64,000 nucleotides of DNA from Candidatus Thorarchaeota archaeon. Lineage in GTDB: Archaea > Asgardarchaeota > Thorarchaeia > Thorarchaeales > Thorarchaeaceae. The translations under genes and the position numbers were made by a program. Within the stretch, counting starts at the first letter, position 1. Every line of letters starts with the position of its first letter. The notes under the pieces are model-generated. The model saw only the letters and a program-made list of their open reading frames with translations, did no database searches and was not told where the DNA came from. Below, one piece after another: positions 59,317 to 64,000 of the stretch. The stretch lies in the NCBI GenBank assembly GCA_011364985.1, contig RDOC01000003.1, positions 128,001-192,000 on the forward strand. Reading direction: 5' to 3'.

Positions 59317-59529
59317 GATCATCGATCGCTCCGGAAATCGAAGCGAAGCTCGAACCTCCGACCATTCGTCGCACACCACGGAATGTGATGCACTACAACT
59401 GTCTGGCTCTCAACCAGCCGGCTGAAAGATAACAGGCTTTAGCGGCATGGCGCAGTACGCGTCCACTGCTGTCGCTTTCGATGTAAGGCTCCCTTGGGAA
59501 CCTCACCCTACCGACTGAGCCACGGTGGC
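59305..59529 (-). tRNA. tRNA-Asn(GTT) interrupted by five BHB-type introns
   Basis: Exons 59529-59508, 59476-59471, 59438-59430, 59400-59395, 59364-59349, 59318-59305 join to GCCACCG TG GCTC AGTCGGTA GAGC G ACAGC CT GTT AA GTTGT TGGTC GGAGG TTCGAGT CCTCC CGGTGGC G (73 nt, all stems pair, G73). Confidence 0.88.
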
Positions 59530-59639
59530 TGAGTTGGCTGAGGCTGCGGATTACAATATTAACATTGCTGTTGAGGTTCGCAACCAATGACATATCTGAG
59601 AAGATAACCAGAGAGTAGAGAGGACTCATGAGAGCCAAC

Positions 59640-59828
59640 TTATTTCTCGGTTTCCACTCTCAGTTGTATATGCCCGCAATCTAGACAGGCGTAAGCGGCA
59701 ACTCGTCTGACTGTTTCACCATAGAATACGACCATATTGTTTGGATTACTGACTCCTAGCCAGCCCCAATCTAGTCTTTCACTTCCGCAGGCATGGCAGC
59801 CATCAGGCTTTGCTGTTTTTGAACTCAT
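59640..59828 (-). CDS. Small Zn-ribbon protein
   Basis: CHAC...AYACLDCGHI. Confidence 0.65.
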   Translation of the reverse strand: MSSKTAKPDGCHACGSERLDWGWLGVSNPNNMVVFYGETVRRVAAYACLDCGHIQLRVETEK

Positions 59829-59925
59829 TATGAAGACCCATCTCCTTTTTGGATATTCTCTAAGAATCTTGTTCTTAAGTAGATGATTGCCGTGAACCTA
59901 ATAACGCAAAGAGAGAAACACAATA

Positions 59926-60816
59926 ATGGATGATTCGGGTTTGAGTTTCGAAGAACGTAATGAGGCCCTAGATAAGGGAGTGGAATATCTCCGACACGTA
60001 ACACTGGTGATTTTAGCAGCTTGCGGAGCATTCTGGACAGCCACAAGAGCAGATGAAGCTGCTTTTCCTTGGATAATCATGGTTTACGGCGGCGCCATTT
60101 CTTTTACTCCAGATAGAAGAAGGAGATTCCTTAGTACTGCCAAGAGAAGATTTATTCGCCTTGACGGCTAGTTGCAAGTAGATTGGGTGGAGAGGAGAAG
60201 AATTCCAAAGGAATACTATCGAGATAGTAAGAGTGAAGAAATAGAACGGATGATTAGAAGAGATCCCCACTACAAAGATTGGATTGTGATGCGTTTTCGC
60301 TCCTCGGGCGGATTATCAGATTATGAAGACATGCTTGAGATTCAAAATGCGAAAGGGAAAAGTGTCACAGAATTATCAGAGTCAGAAGTTGACCTCTTGA
60401 TCTCATCTGGAACCTTGTTTTTTGTACTTGAAAATTGTCAGAGAATGGGATTTTTCAGAAGATTCGGTTCTCGTACACCTTATGTCATACTCCTTGTACT
60501 ATTTGCAGGTATGATCTTTGCCTTTGTTGTAGGGACTGTTTTCTTTGAATACATCAGGACGCTACCAGCTGAGCAAGGATTGCTCGGATTCATTCTCTTC
60601 TTCGCGGTACTCTTCTGCTTTGCAGGAATCCTATGTTTTTCACAAAGAAACAATCATAGACGAGAGCAGGAAGCTGATTTTGCTAGAAGTAAGCAGGAGC
60701 CTATCTCAGACGAGTTACTTGATGATATTCTTGATAAAACAGAGAAGCTTGCAGATTTGAAACAAAACGATCCATCAGAATACATCCATAGGTTGAGAGA
60801 ACTGGCTGATGACTAG
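59926..60816 (+). CDS. Membrane protein, apparently split by an in-frame TAG at 60169 (ORFs 59926-60171 and 60172-60816)
   Basis: Two abutting same-frame ORFs; the downstream part has two TM helices. Confidence 0.5.
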
Positions 60817-60902
60817 AATGACTTGAGTTGTAACGTCCAACGGCTCCTAGCGGTACCATAGCTCATTATCCGAAGAAAGATTCATCCTAGTCATGGAAAA
60901 TA

Positions 60903-61304
60903 TCATTCAACTGGACGTTCAGCCGGGCTGCGGAAAGTCGTTCGACCACCGCTATCAACAGCCATCAACTTACGTCTGACCTCCCTCTCAGCCCATTGTT
61001 CAGCAGCAGTTTCCGCCCCAAGCCAATCCAATCGGAAAACGCCCTCTCTTCCTCCACTGGCGATAACAGTCACGATAAACTCTTGCCAGATAGACCGGGC
61101 TTCAATAGTTACGGTGAGTGTTAGGGTCTGCATATTTCTGAGCATTAGTTTGTCTCTCACAAATACACCTATAGTTCCATCTTCGAAGTCCCAAACTCGG
61201 GCATATTTGTTTGAGAATTCTTTCCTAAGAAAATCTAGCAATGGATTCAGGCAATAGCTCTCAGCTTTAATCTCAATTGGAATTCCTGTTTCCCTCATAT
61301 CCAA
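60903..61304 (-). CDS. Hypothetical protein
   Basis: 133-aa ORF, alpha/beta pattern, VIASGGREG...DWLGAE. Confidence 0.65.
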   Translation of the reverse strand: MDMRETGIPIEIKAESYCLNPLLDFLRKEFSNKYARVWDFEDGTIGVFVRDKLMLRNMQTLTLTVTIEARSIWQEFIVTVIASGGREGVFRLDWLGAETAAEQWAEREVRRKLMAVDSGGRTTFRSPAERPVE

Positions 61305-61494
61305 TTCTCGGACGATCTGACTATTCCAAATCGAGTCAGGCCATCCTCACATACTTCCATATTTGAAAACAGAAAAGGATTTGCAAAAGAATCCCACAGC
61401 GTTATTTATTTTTGATCATCCATTTCTCACTTAGCAACCTAAATTAATACGGAAGATGGATTAGGTCAGAGTTGAAACTGGAGCGATAAGGAGA

Positions 61495-61878
61495 TTGACA
61501 AATCGGATTGCGTGTCTGATGATTGTTGAGATGCCGTCAGTGGAGTTGGCAGAGAGAAATGCCCAGAAAATGCGAAACTGCCCTCGTCTAATTCTATCGG
61601 GATTTACATCCAATTTCGCATATAATCTCTTTATCATTTCAGAAAGAGAGCGGTGGTGGGCAGAATATCCTGCTGAACATCCAGAAGTACTAGGAGCCAA
61701 GAGTGTTCATTTGGAGATTGTGGAAAATCTGCTACATCCAGATGAGTCTAGAATGAGTCTACCCGTCGAAAGATTCGAAGTTGCTCCTTGTGGTTCGGAC
61801 TGTGGGTCCTGTCCTTCACGGGAAGAATTCGATTGTCAGGGTTGTCCTGCTACGATTCATTATATAGGGACAGAATGA
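61495..61878 (+). CDS. Hypothetical protein with C-terminal Cys cluster
   Basis: APCGSDCGSCPSREEFDCQGCPAT, probable Fe-S or Zn site. Confidence 0.65.
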   Translation: MTNRIACLMIVEMPSVELAERNAQKMRNCPRLILSGFTSNFAYNLFIISERERWWAEYPAEHPEVLGAKSVHLEIVENLLHPDESRMSLPVERFEVAPCGSDCGSCPSREEFDCQGCPATIHYIGTE

Positions 61879-61969
61879 ACACCCAACAGCGCCACTTTTC
61901 CTTTACTGCATTATTCGCTGGTAATCACTTCTTGTAGTCCTATTCGAATCTCAAGTTGAACTGCTGGTT

Positions 61970-62341
61970 CTATGATGAGGTTGATTCTCGCTTGCGACGT
62001 TCGGATCGACCAACAATAGGACAGCAGGCGCAGACTGATGAATAAGTAAGAAATATGACAACAACAAACTGCGTTACACCAACATAAAACTCGGAAGGGG
62101 TCGACAATAGCTGGAACGAAAGAAAGGCAACTATAACACCCAAGATGAGAATGGAGCAGAGAGCAAAGTACAGATTAATCCGATATTCACCAGCTGCGTA
62201 GCACTTAGCTGAGCAATAGTATGTCCCAAGACCCTGATAGCGTAGCCTGTTTGTCCACATATAGTGTGGTTTTCCGCACCAATCGCAAAAACCTTCGCGA
62301 GTATTGTTTCTCTGTGTCAATAGACCGCCTCTTGCCTTCAA
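61970..62341 (-). CDS. Zn-finger (TRASH-like) plus two-TM protein
   Basis: CDWCGK...YYCSAKC followed by two hydrophobic helices. Confidence 0.6.
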   Translation of the reverse strand: MKARGGLLTQRNNTREGFCDWCGKPHYMWTNRLRYQGLGTYYCSAKCYAAGEYRINLYFALCSILILGVIVAFLSFQLLSTPSEFYVGVTQFVVVIFLTYSSVCACCPIVGRSERRKRESTSS

Positions 62342-62492
62342 GCTTACATGTCTTTATTCATCTCAATAATCTTTGCAAAGCCTTCTTCCAACCGTAGAAT
62401 GAGTACTCAACATAGGAAAAACTAATGCGGACTAGGACAGCGGAAGTTTTACCTAGACCCTTTGTTTCTTCCAGTTGTAGAAAGAACACAAG

Positions 62493-63815
62493 GTGTCCCT
62501 TATGATACTCCAGAAGTATGTGAGTCGCTTGGATGGTGATGGAAAGTTAGCCATAGTAACGAAGAGCGTATCGAGAAATCTCGAGATGGCAGGGGTTCTA
62601 AAAGCATTGGAACCGAAGCCTGTTTTGTTCACTAATATTGCGGGATTCGAAGTGCCGGTTGTAGGGAACCTGTTTTGCACAAAGGAGCAGATTGCGAGCT
62701 ACTTTGGCATTAATTCCGAAGAAGTAATTCGACTGCTGGCAAGAGCAATAGACGGCAGTAGCAGTCCAGAGATAATTGACAACGCCCCCTGTCAGGACGT
62801 GGTCGAGAATACTGTGAATCTAGATAGGCTACCAATTCTTATTCACAACAAAGTGGAACGCGGGCCGTACATAACAGCAGGGGTTGTCGTATCTTCAGAT
62901 CCAGAATATGGACAAAACCTCGACTTCCACAGGGCAATGCAGCTAGACAAGAACCGAATGGTCACAAGAGTTGTACGAGGACATGACTTTCACAAGTTCT
63001 TGGAGAAGAACGGTGAAGTTGATGTTGCTTTCTGCATTGGAAATACACCGGAGATATTGATAGCAGCAGCTACGACCGTGGAGATAGGAAAAAATGAATT
63101 GAATATAGCTAATGCGCTTGGACCAATAAAGGTCACAAGAGCTAAGACTACTGATTTGCTGATTCCTGCTGATTGTGAGTACGTTCTGGAGGGAAGAGTT
63201 GTCTGGGAGGAGAAGTACGACGAGGGGCCATTTGTAGATATCACTGAAACGGCGGATATGATTCGACAGGAGCCACTATTTGAAGTCAAAAGGATCACCC
63301 ATAGATCAAATCCCATTTGGCAAGCCCTTCTGCCAGGGCAAATGGAGCACAAGATGCTCATGGGAATGCCTCGTGAGCCTACGGTGTTCAAAAAGGTCGC
63401 AGAGAGAGGGGTTGAGGTATTGGACGTTCATATCACCCCTGGAGGAACAAGTTGGTTGCACATCGCAGTGAAGATCAGGAAGATGAGAGAAGATGACGGA
63501 ATGAAAGCCATTGAGGGGGCATTTGAGGGCCATCGAAGCGGAAAACATGTCTGGATATATGATGAGGATATTGACATTTACAACGAGCAAAACCGCGAAT
63601 GGGCAATGGCTACGAGGTTTCAGGGAGATACTAATATGTTAGTCAAAGACAGAGAACCAGGCAGCTCTCTTGACCCTAGTGCGGAACCGGGAACGAAGCT
63701 GACAACCAAAATCGGATTCGATACCACAAAGCCGCTAGTAGTGAAAGGCAAGAACTTCGAACGTGTAGATTTCCCCAAAGTCGAGATAGACGATTACCTG
63801 CATGATATTTCTTAG
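62493..63815 (+). CDS. UbiD family (prFMN) decarboxylase, possibly anhydromevalonate-phosphate decarboxylase
   Basis: LDRLPIL, GPYITAG, DEGPFVD, EWAMATRFQGD, GSSLDPS. Confidence 0.88.
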   Translation: MSLMILQKYVSRLDGDGKLAIVTKSVSRNLEMAGVLKALEPKPVLFTNIAGFEVPVVGNLFCTKEQIASYFGINSEEVIRLLARAIDGSSSPEIIDNAPCQDVVENTVNLDRLPILIHNKVERGPYITAGVVVSSDPEYGQNLDFHRAMQLDKNRMVTRVVRGHDFHKFLEKNGEVDVAFCIGNTPEILIAAATTVEIGKNELNIANALGPIKVTRAKTTDLLIPADCEYVLEGRVVWEEKYDEGPFVDITETADMIRQEPLFEVKRITHRSNPIWQALLPGQMEHKMLMGMPREPTVFKKVAERGVEVLDVHITPGGTSWLHIAVKIRKMREDDGMKAIEGAFEGHRSGKHVWIYDEDIDIYNEQNREWAMATRFQGDTNMLVKDREPGSSLDPSAEPGTKLTTKIGFDTTKPLVVKGKNFERVDFPKVEIDDYLHDIS

Positions 63816-64000
63816 TCAAGACAGTGCTTTTACTTCCGTTTCGGTTGTCAGAACCGAACGCATTGACTGGATGCGAATTAAGAGGAAGTTCTATGTCAGA
63901 GGGAGATAATACGCAAATTATCATAGTGAACAGGAAAACAGGATATTTGAAGAAAGCGAGTCGTTCTTGCCATTAAATCGGCAGATTGACTGTTGCTTAC

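Noticed and set aside
59393-59638. 81-aa ORF on the minus strand
   Set aside because: Overlaps the intron-containing tRNA-Asn gene; spurious
1-64000. CRISPR array, rRNA genes, IS transposases
   Set aside because: No regularly spaced repeats, rRNA signatures or transposase motifs were seen

Overview
Archaeal chromosomal window, most likely an Asgard archaeon (Thorarchaeia-like). This is inferred from four Roadblock/LC7 genes, an MglA-type small GTPase, a Sec23/24-like Zn-finger+vWA protein, and EMC6-like and PCI-domain proteins alongside archaeal core genes. About 1-47.6 kb is mostly housekeeping: rpl10e, dys, rpl35Ae, acdAB, uppS, smc-scpA-scpB, hypE, rps8e, hypA, tfrAB plus two-subunit fumarase, rqcH, pyrC, nadC, tRNA-Glu and tRNA-Ile2. 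About 47.7-62.4 kb is accessory. The main discovery is a 225-nt tRNA-Asn(GTT) gene at 59529-59305 (-) that reconstructs by hand into a standard 73-nt cloverleaf after removing five bulge-helix-bulge introns (22/23, 28/29, 37/38, 43/44, 59/60). Its 3' end is duplicated (19 bp) 8 kb away, bounding a candidate integrated element with no recognisable integrase that encodes a HerA/VirB4-like ATPase, an acidic protein with a LAGLIDADG-like C-terminus, a small coupled gene and an NYN-LOTUS RNase. A remnant of a related LAGLIDADG-like gene abuts the second repeat, and an inverted, intron-poor relic of the same tRNA lies at 49.0 kb, suggesting a recurrent integration hotspot. Other items are a pseudoknotted ~108-nt RNA candidate upstream of deoxyhypusine synthase, a protein of four tandem AAA+ lid-like units, and several pseudogenes. 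All calls are from reading the sequence; no searches were run.
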